Notes under the pieces: model-generated | The model's database searches: none | What the model saw: the letters and a program-made list of their open reading frames with translations, nothing else | Told to the model about the DNA's origin: nothing | Translations under genes and position numbers: made by a program | NCBI GenBank assembly: GCA_934085675.1 | Contig: CAKOHH010000001.1 | Location: forward strand, 108,562-172,561 | DNA: 64,000 bases | From: an uncultured Bacilli bacterium | GTDB taxonomy: Bacteria; Bacillota_I; Bacilli_A; RF39; UBA660 | Reading direction: 5' to 3' | In this document: positions 47,933-58,630 of the stretch, one piece after another | Layout: each line of letters begins with the position of its first letter | Numbering within the stretch: the stretch's first letter is position 1

Positions 47933-48826
47933 TTAATTATTCTTTTTACTATCTTTCGTACTATCTAAAACTGTTCCAAATGAGGCAATCCCATTTAATT
48001 CAGCTGGTAAAATAATTTTAGTAGCTTGGCCTTCAGCCATTTTACTAAGTGTTTCATAAGACTTTAATTTTAAAATAGCTGTATCAGGATCTGCTTCTTT
48101 TAAAAAACGTATACCCTCAGCTTCAGCTTGCTTAATTTTTAATAAGGCTTCAGCTTCTCCTTCTGCTCTTTTAATTTTAGTTTCTTTTTCAGCTTCAGCT
48201 CTTAAAATAGCACTTTCTTTTTCACCTTCAGCAATTAAAACAGATGATTTCTTTTCACCTTCAGCTTGTAAAATCTTTTCTCTTCTTTCACGTTCAGCAC
48301 GCATTTGTTTTTCCATGGCATCTTGAATATCTCTTGGTGGTAAAATATTTTTGACTTCGACACGATTTACTTTGATTCCCCATGGATCAGTTGCTTCATC
48401 TAAGATAGAACGCATTTTAGCATTAATAATATCACGAGATGTTAAAGTTTGGTCTAATTCTAATTCACCAATAATATTACGTAACGTGGTAGCTGTTAAA
48501 GATTCAATAGCACTAATAGGATACTCCACACCATAAGTGTAAAGTTTGGCATCCGTGATTTGAAAATAAACAACGGTATCAATTTGCATTGTAACATTAT
48601 CTTTAGTAATAACTGGTTGGGGTTCAAAATCCCTTACTAATTCTTTTAAGGTTACAACATTAGCAATTCTATCAACAAAGGGAATTCTAACATGAACCCC
48701 ATTATGCCAAGTCGTATAATAAGAACCTAATCTTTCAATAACATATACCTTTGATTGAGGTACGACCTTGATACAAGGAATAACAAATAAAATAACTAAA
48801 ATAAATAATATAATTAAAAATGGCAT
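47933..48826 (-). CDS. SPFH/band-7 (stomatin/prohibitin-like) membrane protein
   Basis: N-terminal TM plus SPFH domain, with a C-terminal coiled-coil EA-rich repeat. Confidence 0.8.
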   Translation of the reverse strand: MPFLIILFILVILFVIPCIKVVPQSKVYVIERLGSYYTTWHNGVHVRIPFVDRIANVVTLKELVRDFEPQPVITKDNVTMQIDTVVYFQITDAKLYTYGVEYPISAIESLTATTLRNIIGELELDQTLTSRDIINAKMRSILDEATDPWGIKVNRVEVKNILPPRDIQDAMEKQMRAERERREKILQAEGEKKSSVLIAEGEKESAILRAEAEKETKIKRAEGEAEALLKIKQAEAEGIRFLKEADPDTAILKLKSYETLSKMAEGQATKIILPAELNGIASFGTVLDSTKDSKKNN

Positions 48827-49413
48827 TATTTTTCACTCTCCTTTTTAGTTGTTGTTTTTTTACGTGTTGTACTTTTTGTTGGCTTTTTTTTCGTAGTTGT
48901 TTTTTTAGCAGGAGCTTTTTTCTTTGGCTCTTCTTTTTTTACTTTTTCAACAACTAATTTAACCCCGTCAATTTCTTTAATAAGGACAGGTTCATTTTCT
49001 TTAATAGAACCATTGGCAACAGCACTCCATAATTTACCATCTACTTTGACTTCACCAATTTCATTTTTTGTAATTTTTTGGGTAACTATACCTTCCATAC
49101 CAATAACTCTTTCTAAATTAAGTTTGGCATCTTCTGCTGTTTGATAATCTAGTAATTTCTTTCTTGTAGCAATTAAAAAAACAATTCCTAAAATTACAAA
49201 AACAGCAAATTGGATAACAAATGAGGATACAAATAAAGATAAGAATAAAGTAATAATACCACTTGCGATAAACCAAATAGAAACTAAATTCACGGTGGCA
49301 GCTTCTACTAAGCCTAATAAAATAACAATAACTAACCATATCATCCAATATGACATAACATAACACTTCCTTCTTCTTGATATTAACATAAAATTCCTTT
49401 TTTGAATAGTCAT
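48826..49413 (-). CDS. NfeD-family membrane protein (partner of the SPFH protein)
   Basis: Polytopic N-terminus, C-terminal OB-like domain, Lys/Thr-rich tail. Directly upstream of the SPFH gene in the same operon. Confidence 0.7.
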   Translation of the reverse strand: MTIQKRNFMLISRRRKCYVMSYWMIWLVIVILLGLVEAATVNLVSIWFIASGIITLFLSLFVSSFVIQFAVFVILGIVFLIATRKKLLDYQTAEDAKLNLERVIGMEGIVTQKITKNEIGEVKVDGKLWSAVANGSIKENEPVLIKEIDGVKLVVEKVKKEEPKKKAPAKKTTTKKKPTKSTTRKKTTTKKESEK

Positions 49414-50391
49414 TTTACATATTTATGTGATAAAATAATTAAACGAAAGAGGTGTATGATATTGATAAAATTTTATGATTTAAATAACAAAACGCAAAAA
49501 GAAACAAAAGAACTTGCGCAAAACTATTGGATTGATATGATAGATCCTAGTGAAGAGGAAATTAAAAGTGTTTGTAATCTTTTAAAATTAGAAGAAATTG
49601 ACTTAAAAAAAGTTCTCGATAAATCAGAACTTCCTCATATTGAACAAGAGCAAAATGCCACCCTTTATATTTTTAATATTCCCTATGTCATCATAAATAA
49701 CGGTAAGAAAAAGTATCGTTCCTATCCTTTTGGTATCTTTTATCAAGAAAAAGGACTTATCAGTGTTTCTTTAAAAGAACACCCTCTTAAAGAAGTTTTA
49801 CAAAAGGAACTTTTAGGAGAAAATAACTGGCGAAATATAGAAGATTTTTCTATTTTCTTTATAGCCAAGGCAACAGAATACTTTATTCGTTATCTAAATG
49901 AAATTCAAGAAGATATTATTGAAAAAGAAAAAGATTTAATCAAATCTCCAAGTAATAAAGATTTAGAACGAATGCTTGCCTTACAAAAAAGTTTACTTTA
50001 TTTTACTACCTCTTTACAAGGTAATGAAATGCTTTTAGAAAAACTAGAAAACAATAGTAATTTAAAAGAGACCTCTCTTGATAATTTAAAAGATGCTCAA
50101 ATTGAAATAAAACAAGCAATTCGAATGGGTAGTATTTATAGGGAAATTTTAGAAAATACTATGGATACATATAGTTCTATTATTTCTAATAATTTAAATG
50201 ATATTATGAAATTTTTAACTTCCATTACCCTTGTCATTTCCATACCTACCATGATTTCTTCTTTTCTAGGAATGAATGTTACTATTGGTGACTTTGCTAG
50301 TAATCCTTACTCCTTTTTACTTATTATTTTAATATGTCTTTTAGTTACTCTTTTAATTGTTATTCTATTAAAAAAGAAAAATCTTTTGTAA
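49402..50391 (+). CDS. corA: CorA-family Mg2+/Co2+ transporter
   Basis: C-terminal two TM segments with the GMN motif (FLGMNV). The true start is probably the internal MILIKFYDL. Confidence 0.8.
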   Translation: MNSHFTYLCDKIIKRKRCMILIKFYDLNNKTQKETKELAQNYWIDMIDPSEEEIKSVCNLLKLEEIDLKKVLDKSELPHIEQEQNATLYIFNIPYVIINNGKKKYRSYPFGIFYQEKGLISVSLKEHPLKEVLQKELLGENNWRNIEDFSIFFIAKATEYFIRYLNEIQEDIIEKEKDLIKSPSNKDLERMLALQKSLLYFTTSLQGNEMLLEKLENNSNLKETSLDNLKDAQIEIKQAIRMGSIYREILENTMDTYSSIISNNLNDIMKFLTSITLVISIPTMISSFLGMNVTIGDFASNPYSFLLIILICLLVTLLIVILLKKKNLL

Positions 50392-50408
50392 GACTTTTCT
50401 TTTTTTGT

Positions 50409-51683
50409 TTAATCCTTTAAGCAGCCTATTGGAACAACAAAAATGCCATCTTCTCTTTTATAAGCATAATTTCCTGTCGCTGTTAATATCATCATAAAAG
50501 CTGGATTATTCATCTTTTCTGTATCTATTTTACTTCGAAGTTTTAATAAATTTTCTGCACCTTCTTGTATTAGTTTGTCCCCACCTAACTTTATTTCTAT
50601 TAGTCCATAAGAGCCATTTCTTAAATGAATGACAGCGTCACATTCTAGTCCTGAAGAATCTCTATAATGATAAACTTTACCATTATTTGCATCAGCATAA
50701 ACTCTTAAATCTCTAATACACATTGCTTCAAACACCAAGCCAAATGTTCTTAAATCATTTATTAAATCATCTGGGCCTATTCCTAAAGCAGCCACGCCTA
50801 TAGAAGGATCCACAAAATATCGTGTTTCAGATGTCCTGGTAGCTATTTTACTTCTTAAATTTGGATTCCATGCAGGACTTTCCTCAACGACAAATATTTT
50901 TTTTAAGGCATTAATATAGGAATATACTGTATCAGAATCAAGAGAATTTGTATCATTTTTTATCATATCTTCCTTAATAGTTTCATAACTGGCTTGTGTA
51001 CCAATATTTCTTGCATAACTCCTCATTAAATTTTTTACTCTTTCTGGAGTTCGATTTATTCCATCCACTCTTGAAATATCTGAATTTACAACAGCATCAT
51101 AATAATCATATGCTTGTTCTAAAGCAATGTCATTATCCATAAAAACACTTCTAGGCCAACCACCGCGGCAGCATAAAAAAGCAATATCGTTCAGAGTTAA
51201 GTTATTTATCGCACTTATTCTTTGAGGATTGTTAAAAAGATTATTTAAACTAACTTCCCCATTTGATTCTCCTGACTCAAATAATGCCATAGGTCGCATA
51301 GTAAGCCATGAAAATCGTCCGGTTCCTGTATGACTAACATTTTCCATGCTGGCAGGAACTGAAGAACCTGTTAGTATAAATTGTCCTTCTTCACCACGAT
51401 GATCAACTTCAAATCTAACAGCATCCCATAATTTTGGGGCTAATTGCCATTCATCTATCAATCTTGGAACCTCTCCCGCTAATAATAAACTAGGATTTAT
51501 ATCTGCTAGAGTAAGATTTTGTTCTTTGTCCTCTGGCCTAGCCATATACAAAATACTCTTAGCTATTTGCTCGGCCGTTGTGGTTTTTCCACACCATTTA
51601 GCTCCCTCAATTAAAACAGCTCCTTTTCCTTTTAATTTTTTTTCAAGTATTTGATCAGCAATTCTTTTTTTATATTCTTTCAT
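50409..51683 (-). CDS. AAA-family ATPase with DUF4143 region ('ATP-binding protein'), paralog 2
   Basis: Walker A GAKWCGKTT. Same architecture as 46497-47837. Confidence 0.6.
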   Translation of the reverse strand: MKEYKKRIADQILEKKLKGKGAVLIEGAKWCGKTTTAEQIAKSILYMARPEDKEQNLTLADINPSLLLAGEVPRLIDEWQLAPKLWDAVRFEVDHRGEEGQFILTGSSVPASMENVSHTGTGRFSWLTMRPMALFESGESNGEVSLNNLFNNPQRISAINNLTLNDIAFLCCRGGWPRSVFMDNDIALEQAYDYYDAVVNSDISRVDGINRTPERVKNLMRSYARNIGTQASYETIKEDMIKNDTNSLDSDTVYSYINALKKIFVVEESPAWNPNLRSKIATRTSETRYFVDPSIGVAALGIGPDDLINDLRTFGLVFEAMCIRDLRVYADANNGKVYHYRDSSGLECDAVIHLRNGSYGLIEIKLGGDKLIQEGAENLLKLRSKIDTEKMNNPAFMMILTATGNYAYKREDGIFVVPIGCLKD

Positions 51684-51737
51684 TTAATGACCTCCTCATA
51701 TTTATATATTATACACTTTTTTGAGGTTATCGCCAAC

Positions 51738-51806
51738 CGTTTTCGGTGATTTGATGATTTCTTTTCGGTGATTTGATTGATTTTTGTTCGGTGATTTGCT
51801 GATTTT
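51738..51806. repeat. Three tandem copies of a ~22-bp unit TTTTCGGTGATTTG(N)TGATTT
   Basis: Seen directly. The repeats lie between the stop of 51805-52455 and the start of the ATPase gene, i.e. in its promoter region. Confidence 0.7.
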
Positions 51807-52455
51807 AACTTATCCTATAATGGCCAATGATGTCATTATGATGCTCTAGGATATCTTCCTCATAATATTTTTGATAAGGATTAGCGTGATGAATAACAAA
51901 ATTAATTCCGTGATGATTTCTTTTGTCAGATACAATGCCAATATGCTTTTTAAAAACCACAATATCGCCACCTTGCCACTCCTTTATTTTATGAATATCA
52001 GTTGTTAGACTAATTGCATTATAATCAAAATAAGTCTTTAAATTTAATACTCTTCGAAAATCAATATTTTTATCAACAACATCAATATCATATAAGTTTC
52101 GATGGGCATTTATATGTTCATTAACAAGTTCTCTTAAATCATAACCAGCATCTAAAAAAGCAAAAGCAACGACATCAGTACAAACGCCATAAGAATCATC
52201 AGGATAACCACTACTATAATATTTACTTTTATATTTTGGATGAGTTTTTACATAATTTCTAGCATTCATTAAGATATCTGTTTGATCATCTATCCCATCA
52301 TTATCTTTATCTATCAAACTAACATATGTTTTAATGCCAAAAAATTCATTTGTGTACTTTTTATGAGGTAGCAAATTAAAATAATAAAGTAAGTATAAAA
52401 GAATTAATAAACTTATCGTAATAATACTTAAAATAATTAGTTTTTTCTTTTTCAT
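51805..52455 (-). CDS. Secreted protein, DUF1287/NlpC-P60-like (Cys/His) domain
   Basis: Signal peptide; YGVCTDVVAFAF contains a candidate catalytic Cys; downstream HIGIV His. Confidence 0.4.
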   Translation of the reverse strand: MKKKKLIILSIITISLLILLYLLYYFNLLPHKKYTNEFFGIKTYVSLIDKDNDGIDDQTDILMNARNYVKTHPKYKSKYYSSGYPDDSYGVCTDVVAFAFLDAGYDLRELVNEHINAHRNLYDIDVVDKNIDFRRVLNLKTYFDYNAISLTTDIHKIKEWQGGDIVVFKKHIGIVSDKRNHHGINFVIHHANPYQKYYEEDILEHHNDIIGHYRIS

Positions 52456-52544
52456 ATTCCCTCGTATCTATTTAAAATTAAAGATAAGTAAACAATTATT
52501 AATAAGTTAAAAATACCCAGTTTTTTTACAACTGAGTATTTTTA

Positions 52545-54680
52545 TTATTTTGTATGAATTGTGAAATTATCATTATTCACATCTACAACTAAAATATCAT
52601 TAGGTTTTAAATCTTGTTCAATCATATATTTAGCAAGTAAAGTTTCAATGTTTTTCGTAACATATCTTCTAATTGGTCTTGCACCATAATTTTCATCAAA
52701 TGATTCATCAATAACTTTTTGACGAGCCTTATCTGTTAATTCTAAAGATATTTGTTTGTCTTTTAAACGACTATTAATTTCCCCAATAATTTTATTTAAA
52801 ATTGCTCCTACGACATCTTTATGTAAAGAATGGAAGACAATAATTTCGTCAATACGATTGATAAATTCGGGACGGAAGTTATTTTTAAGTTCATTTAAAA
52901 CTTTTTCTTCTGCATTATCTTCATTGTCTAAGATGTATTCACTACCTAAATTACTTGTCATAATAATGATGGTATTTTTAAAGTCAACGGTTCTTCCTTG
53001 GGAATCGGTAAGACGTCCATCGTCTAAGATTTGTAATAAAATATTAAAGACATCTTTATGTGCTTTTTCTATCTCATCAAATAAGACAATACTATAAGGA
53101 TTTCTTCTTACTGCTTCCGTTAAGACGCCACCTTCATCATATCCGACATATCCTGGAGGAGCACCAATTAAACGAGAAACATTAAATGATTCCATATACT
53201 CCGAACAATCAATTCGAATCATATGACGTTCATCATCAAATAATTCATAAGCAAGACTTTTAGCTACTTCGGTTTTACCAACACCGGTTGGACCTAAGAA
53301 GATAAAAGAACCAATAGGACGATTAGGGTCTTTAATACCACTTCTCGCTCTTAAAATGGCATCACTTACTCTTCTTAAAGCATCATCTTGGCCAATAACT
53401 CTTTCTTTTAATCGGTCATATAAGTGAAGTAGTTTTTCTTTTTCACTACTAACTAATTTAGAAACAGGAATCTTTGTCCAACGTGAAATAATACTTGCAA
53501 TTCCTTCTTCATCGACAACGTCGGATAAAATAGTACCTTTCTCTTCTTTACGAAGTTCTTCTAATTCTTTTTCAAGTTTTGGAATCGTACCATGACGAAG
53601 ACGAGCACTTGTTTCCAAATCATAACTATTTTCGGCATTTTGTAAATCAAAACGAGCTCTTTCTAATTCACTCTTCTTTTGATTTATTTTATCTTTAATA
53701 CCCTTTTCTTCTTCCCATTTATGACGCATTTCACTTTCTTCTTTTTTCAAAGTAGAAAGTTCTTCATCAATTTTCATAACTCTTGCGCGAGATAAATCAT
53801 CTTTTTCTTTTTTCAAAGCCTGACGTTCAATCTCTAAAGACATAATCTTACGAGTTAATTTATCAAGAGGTACAGGAACAGAATCAAGTTGCATCTTAAT
53901 AGTAGCACAAGCTTCATCGACAAGATCAATGGCTTTATCTGGTAAATATCTATCAGTGATATATCTATCTGATAAAGTAGCTGCAGCGACTAGTGCACTA
54001 TCTTTAATAGTAACACCATGAAAGATTTCAAATCTTTCTTTTAAACCTCTTAAAATAGTAATCGTATCCATAACAGTTGGTTCAGAAACTAAAACTTTTT
54101 GAAATCTTCTTTCCAACGCCCCATCTTTTTCAATGTATTTACGATACTCATTTAAAGTAGTTGCGCCGATTAAATGAATTTCACCACGAGCAAGCATTGG
54201 TTTTAACATATTAGAAACATCCATAGCACCTTCAGCCCCATTACCAACAATCATATGAATTTCATCAATGAACATAATAATGTTGCCATCACTTTTTTCA
54301 ATTTCTTTTAAAACGGCTTTTAGACGTTCCTCAAACTCACCACGATATTTAGCACCAGCCACTAAAGCACCTAAGTCAAGTTCCCAAATTGTTTTATTTT
54401 TAAGACTATTAGGAACATCTCCGGCAACTATTCTTTGGGCAAGTCCTTCGACTATAGCTGTTTTACCAACACCTGGTTCACCAATTAAAACAGGATTATT
54501 TTTACTTTTACGTGATAAAATACGAATAACATTTCTGACTTCTTCATCACGACCTATAACAGGATCAACCTTGTTATCACGAGCATTCTTTGTAATATCA
54601 CGTCCATATTTATCTAAGACATTTTTTAATTCTTCATTATTTTCATTATACATATTTAAACCCTCCTTTTTAAACATCAT
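52545..54680 (-). CDS. clpB: ATP-dependent chaperone ClpB (short form lacking N-domain)
   Basis: Two AAA+ modules ([18 protein letters not shown]) with an intervening coiled-coil M-domain. Confidence 0.9.
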   Translation of the reverse strand: MMFKKEGLNMYNENNEELKNVLDKYGRDITKNARDNKVDPVIGRDEEVRNVIRILSRKSKNNPVLIGEPGVGKTAIVEGLAQRIVAGDVPNSLKNKTIWELDLGALVAGAKYRGEFEERLKAVLKEIEKSDGNIIMFIDEIHMIVGNGAEGAMDVSNMLKPMLARGEIHLIGATTLNEYRKYIEKDGALERRFQKVLVSEPTVMDTITILRGLKERFEIFHGVTIKDSALVAAATLSDRYITDRYLPDKAIDLVDEACATIKMQLDSVPVPLDKLTRKIMSLEIERQALKKEKDDLSRARVMKIDEELSTLKKEESEMRHKWEEEKGIKDKINQKKSELERARFDLQNAENSYDLETSARLRHGTIPKLEKELEELRKEEKGTILSDVVDEEGIASIISRWTKIPVSKLVSSEKEKLLHLYDRLKERVIGQDDALRRVSDAILRARSGIKDPNRPIGSFIFLGPTGVGKTEVAKSLAYELFDDERHMIRIDCSEYMESFNVSRLIGAPPGYVGYDEGGVLTEAVRRNPYSIVLFDEIEKAHKDVFNILLQILDDGRLTDSQGRTVDFKNTIIIMTSNLGSEYILDNEDNAEEKVLNELKNNFRPEFINRIDEIIVFHSLHKDVVGAILNKIIGEINSRLKDKQISLELTDKARQKVIDESFDENYGARPIRRYVTKNIETLLAKYMIEQDLKPNDILVVDVNNDNFTIHTK

Positions 54681-54696
54681 TATTATATCTCAATCA

Positions 54697-54723
54697 TTAG
54701 CACTTGTCAATATAGAGTGCTAA
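54697..54723 (-). promoter_or_regulatory. CIRCE element (HrcA operator) upstream of clpB
   Basis: TTAGCACT-tgtcaatat-AGAGTGCTAA matches the CIRCE consensus TTAGCACTC-N9-GAGTGCTAA. Confidence 0.85.
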
Positions 54724-54851
54724 TGATTGCTATAAAAAGATACCTAACCGAAGTTAGATATACGTTACCAACTTGTTTAGACTATTTTAAAATTAAAATA
54801 ATCAAGTTCATCAGTTATAAATCTTAGAATATCATCTTCACTAATAGACTA

Positions 54852-54936
54852 AATCACACTTTTGCATAAAATATTCAAGAAATTATCACACTTTTGCAAA
54901 GTTTTTTGGTATATTTATCACATTTTTGCAATATTT
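54852..54936. repeat. Three direct repeats of ATCACAcTTTTGCAa with exact 32-bp periodicity
   Basis: Copies at 54855, 54887 and 54919, lying between the surface-gene array and the clpB promoter. Confidence 0.65.
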
Positions 54937-54956
54937 ACTTAAATTATTTGATAGCA

Positions 54957-56585
54957 TTAATCCCCTGATAACTCGTACGGACTTTCTTTAGAGCCATTGC
55001 CATTAACAATTGCAACAGAGGATTTTAAATAAACGGATGGGCGTATCAGAACAGAATTTGCTGCACTAAGGCCATCATCAATGTTACATCCGACATTACC
55101 ACCATTACCTACGTCAAACACATTAGTAGTATCTGATGTATCAGTTCTAGAAGAAATAGTCCATTGAAAATTACTTGAAACATAAAACCAATCATTATTT
55201 TTACAATCGCTATAAGAACTATCATTCCAATTAAGCAATTCTTTGGTTAAACAGCTACTTCGATTATTTTTGCTTCCCCCACTGGTTGCAAATCCATAAT
55301 CACTTGGATACATTAAGCCAACTTTCCCTTGCCATGTACTAGTTCTTGTCACAGTATCATTGCAAAAAACACCTGACGTACATATTTTTCCTGTATTATC
55401 GCTTCGCTCATAACTATAAAAATGAATAGTTAATCCATTGCTCGCTGTTGTCCAACCGTTTGTACCTTGACTTCCCGTGTTCCATAAAGTGTTTCCTATT
55501 AATTTTTTTAAATTTGGTTTTAAGCCACTACTTGTAAAATCACAGGCTTTTGTGGCATTATCACTATAAGAATAGCAGTTTCCAGAACTATTATTGTAGT
55601 ATAATGAACCACCAACACTTTCACTTTCATAGCCTGGATTTAAAAGTTTCATTAAATCAGCCTGGCTCCATTCATTGACACCCCAACCACTATTTACCGA
55701 TGAATCTGAAGTATCCCATGAATAATTTCCTATTGATTCATTTCTTATTAATTTTAGTCTTGATTCTTTTTTTCCTGTTCCATCATCTATATTATTCATA
55801 ACACCTATAATACGCCAAAACTCATTATCTATTTTGACATAGTTACAAGGATTTGCTCCAACATATCTTAAATTGTTATCACTTGTTCCATCATAGGCTA
55901 AGGTATAAGTACAACTATCACTTGTTTTATCCGGAACAGTATAGACGTCTGTTGAAGAAGTATCTGCTTTGGCTGCTAAATTAGAAACCACACTTGTGGC
56001 ATATGGTATTTCTGTTTCATATTTTGCTGTTACAATAACTTTTGAATTAAAAGTTGTATTTTGAATATTTAATGTTTCTGTTGTTACATTTTCATCTAAC
56101 CATAATCTTAAATCATAAGTTTTACTTTCTTTAGAGTCTAAATAACCTGTTGTTAAATTAAAAGCAGATTTAGCGTTATTAAGTGTTTTTGTTACAGTTT
56201 CATAATTTGATAATAAATCTAATTTTAATTCATTTTCAACATTACCTTCTTTTTTAGAAAACATAACTTTAATAGCATTATTATTTGTTAAAGTTGAAGT
56301 ATTTAATACTTCTAAATTAACAGCGTATGAAGCAGAAGAATCACAGTTATTTGTTATGGTAAATTCATATGGAGTTAACTTTTTTCCATCTTTATCATAC
56401 AAAGGATAACTCTTTTGTAAACTTATATTATCTTTTTCAGTAAAACTAATATTAAAACAAGTAGAAGCAATATCATTTTCACTTGTTTGAGTTAAATTTA
56501 AAGTCCATATAGCATAAGATATACCAATTACACTTAATATTAGGACAATACTAATCATTATTATTAATACTTTTTTCTTTTTCAT
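54957..56585 (-). CDS. Secreted variable surface/exoprotein, family B, paralog 2
   Basis: Signal peptide MKKKKVLIIMISIVLILSVIGISYA-IWTLNL. Same core as 38996-40588. Tail RPSVYLKSSVAIVNGNGSKESPYELSGD. Confidence 0.7.
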   Translation of the reverse strand: MKKKKVLIIMISIVLILSVIGISYAIWTLNLTQTSENDIASTCFNISFTEKDNISLQKSYPLYDKDGKKLTPYEFTITNNCDSSASYAVNLEVLNTSTLTNNNAIKVMFSKKEGNVENELKLDLLSNYETVTKTLNNAKSAFNLTTGYLDSKESKTYDLRLWLDENVTTETLNIQNTTFNSKVIVTAKYETEIPYATSVVSNLAAKADTSSTDVYTVPDKTSDSCTYTLAYDGTSDNNLRYVGANPCNYVKIDNEFWRIIGVMNNIDDGTGKKESRLKLIRNESIGNYSWDTSDSSVNSGWGVNEWSQADLMKLLNPGYESESVGGSLYYNNSSGNCYSYSDNATKACDFTSSGLKPNLKKLIGNTLWNTGSQGTNGWTTASNGLTIHFYSYERSDNTGKICTSGVFCNDTVTRTSTWQGKVGLMYPSDYGFATSGGSKNNRSSCLTKELLNWNDSSYSDCKNNDWFYVSSNFQWTISSRTDTSDTTNVFDVGNGGNVGCNIDDGLSAANSVLIRPSVYLKSSVAIVNGNGSKESPYELSGD

Positions 56586-56617
56586 TTTACTATCCTTTCA
56601 TCTAATAAAAAACAAAA

Positions 56618-58597
56618 CTAATTGGTTACAATCTCGTAAGGACTAGAAGATGTTCCTATTCCTCCGCTTATTTTGGCATCTCCTTTGATATTTATAACAG
56701 GACGAACACCATAGCCGCCGGTCACCCAGTCGCTGTTAGGAGAGCCTGAGCTGCCCAAATAGAACTCACCTACCGCCGCATCCGAGATATAGAAACTCCT
56801 CGGAGACAAAGTCCAATAAGTTGACGTACTATAAGTATAAGCAGATTTATTAATATAACCATTGGCATACCCTGAAAGCATTAATTCATCGACTGTAATT
56901 AAGCCAATCGGATAAGTTAAGGCTTTATTTCCTTTAGTATTTGTACTTAAGGTAAATAAATCGTTTATTTGAACGCATTTTAAAGTTGGCTGTTTTGTAT
57001 AAAAATATCTACTATAAGGTCCATAGTTAGTATTAGACCCTGTTGTTGAATATCCATTTCCCGAATCTAGACTTCTATCATTACAGAAACCGGCATCAGC
57101 GATGACTGATTCATTGCTTGTTCCTAAAATATGGGTTTTATACCAATTATCTAATACTTTTTTGATATTGCTATCGTTTTCATTGGCATTTGTTTTTTCA
57201 TAACTTGTATTTAAAGTACTGCCAGACATGTATCCTACATAAGCTGGGTTATCTCTTTTACTATTAAAGGAAGCTGATTTTATATTTAATCCTGAACCAC
57301 TGGCATTGGCTGTTGCTCCCGCATATAAAAGTCTGACACTGCCATCACCATTGATACGAATAATTTGCCAGTAAGCATCAGCATATTTTACATAGTTGTT
57401 ATTTACTGAACCACGATAGTAATAACTTATACCATCAGCATCGGCCATTTGATAAAGTCCTTTATCTGATTTATCACTTTCTCTTTCTGTTTGGTTCAGT
57501 AAATAACCTTTTAAATTATATCTTCTCATTTTGAAAGAAGTTCCTCCTGAACCTGTTGCTGTTCCATCCGTAACACTAGCACTGGTGATTTCATAAATAT
57601 TTGCACAACCTGAGGTATTTTTCCATATTGATATAACATCAGCAGAACTTGTGCGATATCCAGCACCACAGAAATAATACTTAGTATTTCCACCATATGT
57701 TAAAGTAGTTGGATCTACTTGCTGAACATTTGTAATGGTATATGTTCCTGTCTCAGAATTAAAGGTATAACTAGAACCAATGGGAAGTAAAACGGCTGAG
57801 GCAGACAAGTTTTTAAATCTTGCATCTGTATCTTTTTGAGCAACTAAATCTGGATGAGGCATTGTTGATGATGGACTACTTAGACTTGTGGCTTTATTTT
57901 CATTCCAAATAAGAATAGGAGCAGTCCTACTAAAATCAACTGTTTGTTTAGCCGCTATTTTTTGTTTAGATATTTCAGGCGTTGTTTGATATTCGTTAGC
58001 AAGAATAACGTCCGCTAGGGTTGTATAGCCTTGCTCTACTGGGCTATAGTTACTTACTGATGCTGTTACAACTACTTTTGATTTAAAGTTTTTGTTCATA
58101 GCGTCTGTATCTTCTGGCGTAACATCTTCACTCATCCATAATCTTAAGTTATAATCAACACTGTCACCTGAACCTAAAGAACCTTTGGCAAGTATTTTTG
58201 ATGTTACAGAACCATTTATTGTTGTTTTAGCATCTTCTAATTCACTTAGTTTAATAACGCTTTCATTATTTATCATAGAACTAATATATTTTATTGGTAA
58301 CGTATTGTTTTCTAATATTTCTAAATTAACAGTGTAACTGGCAAATAAATCACAAGTATTTGTTATCGTAAAACTATAAGGCGTTAACTTTTTGCCTTCT
58401 TCATTTGTTATAGGGTAAGCATTAACTAAATTAATATTATTTTTTTCATTTGTTAACGATAAACTAAAACAACTTCCTGCTATTTTATTAAAACCTTTTT
58501 GAGACAAATTTAAAGTCCATATAGCATAAGAAATACCAATTATACTTAATATTAGAACAATACTTATCACTATTATTAATACTTTTTTCTTTTTCAT
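56618..58597 (-). CDS. Secreted variable surface/exoprotein, family A2, paralog 1
   Basis: Has the N-module of family B (KLTPYSFTITNTCDLFASYTVNLEIL) and the core of family A (YYYRGSVNNNYVKYADAYWQIIRINGDGSVRLLYAG). Tail RPVINIKGDAKISGGIGTSSSPYEIVTN. Confidence 0.7.
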   Translation of the reverse strand: MKKKKVLIIVISIVLILSIIGISYAIWTLNLSQKGFNKIAGSCFSLSLTNEKNNINLVNAYPITNEEGKKLTPYSFTITNTCDLFASYTVNLEILENNTLPIKYISSMINNESVIKLSELEDAKTTINGSVTSKILAKGSLGSGDSVDYNLRLWMSEDVTPEDTDAMNKNFKSKVVVTASVSNYSPVEQGYTTLADVILANEYQTTPEISKQKIAAKQTVDFSRTAPILIWNENKATSLSSPSSTMPHPDLVAQKDTDARFKNLSASAVLLPIGSSYTFNSETGTYTITNVQQVDPTTLTYGGNTKYYFCGAGYRTSSADVISIWKNTSGCANIYEITSASVTDGTATGSGGTSFKMRRYNLKGYLLNQTERESDKSDKGLYQMADADGISYYYRGSVNNNYVKYADAYWQIIRINGDGSVRLLYAGATANASGSGLNIKSASFNSKRDNPAYVGYMSGSTLNTSYEKTNANENDSNIKKVLDNWYKTHILGTSNESVIADAGFCNDRSLDSGNGYSTTGSNTNYGPYSRYFYTKQPTLKCVQINDLFTLSTNTKGNKALTYPIGLITVDELMLSGYANGYINKSAYTYSTSTYWTLSPRSFYISDAAVGEFYLGSSGSPNSDWVTGGYGVRPVINIKGDAKISGGIGTSSSPYEIVTN

Positions 58598-58630
58598 TTT
58601 TACTATCCTTTCATCTAATAAAAAATAAAA

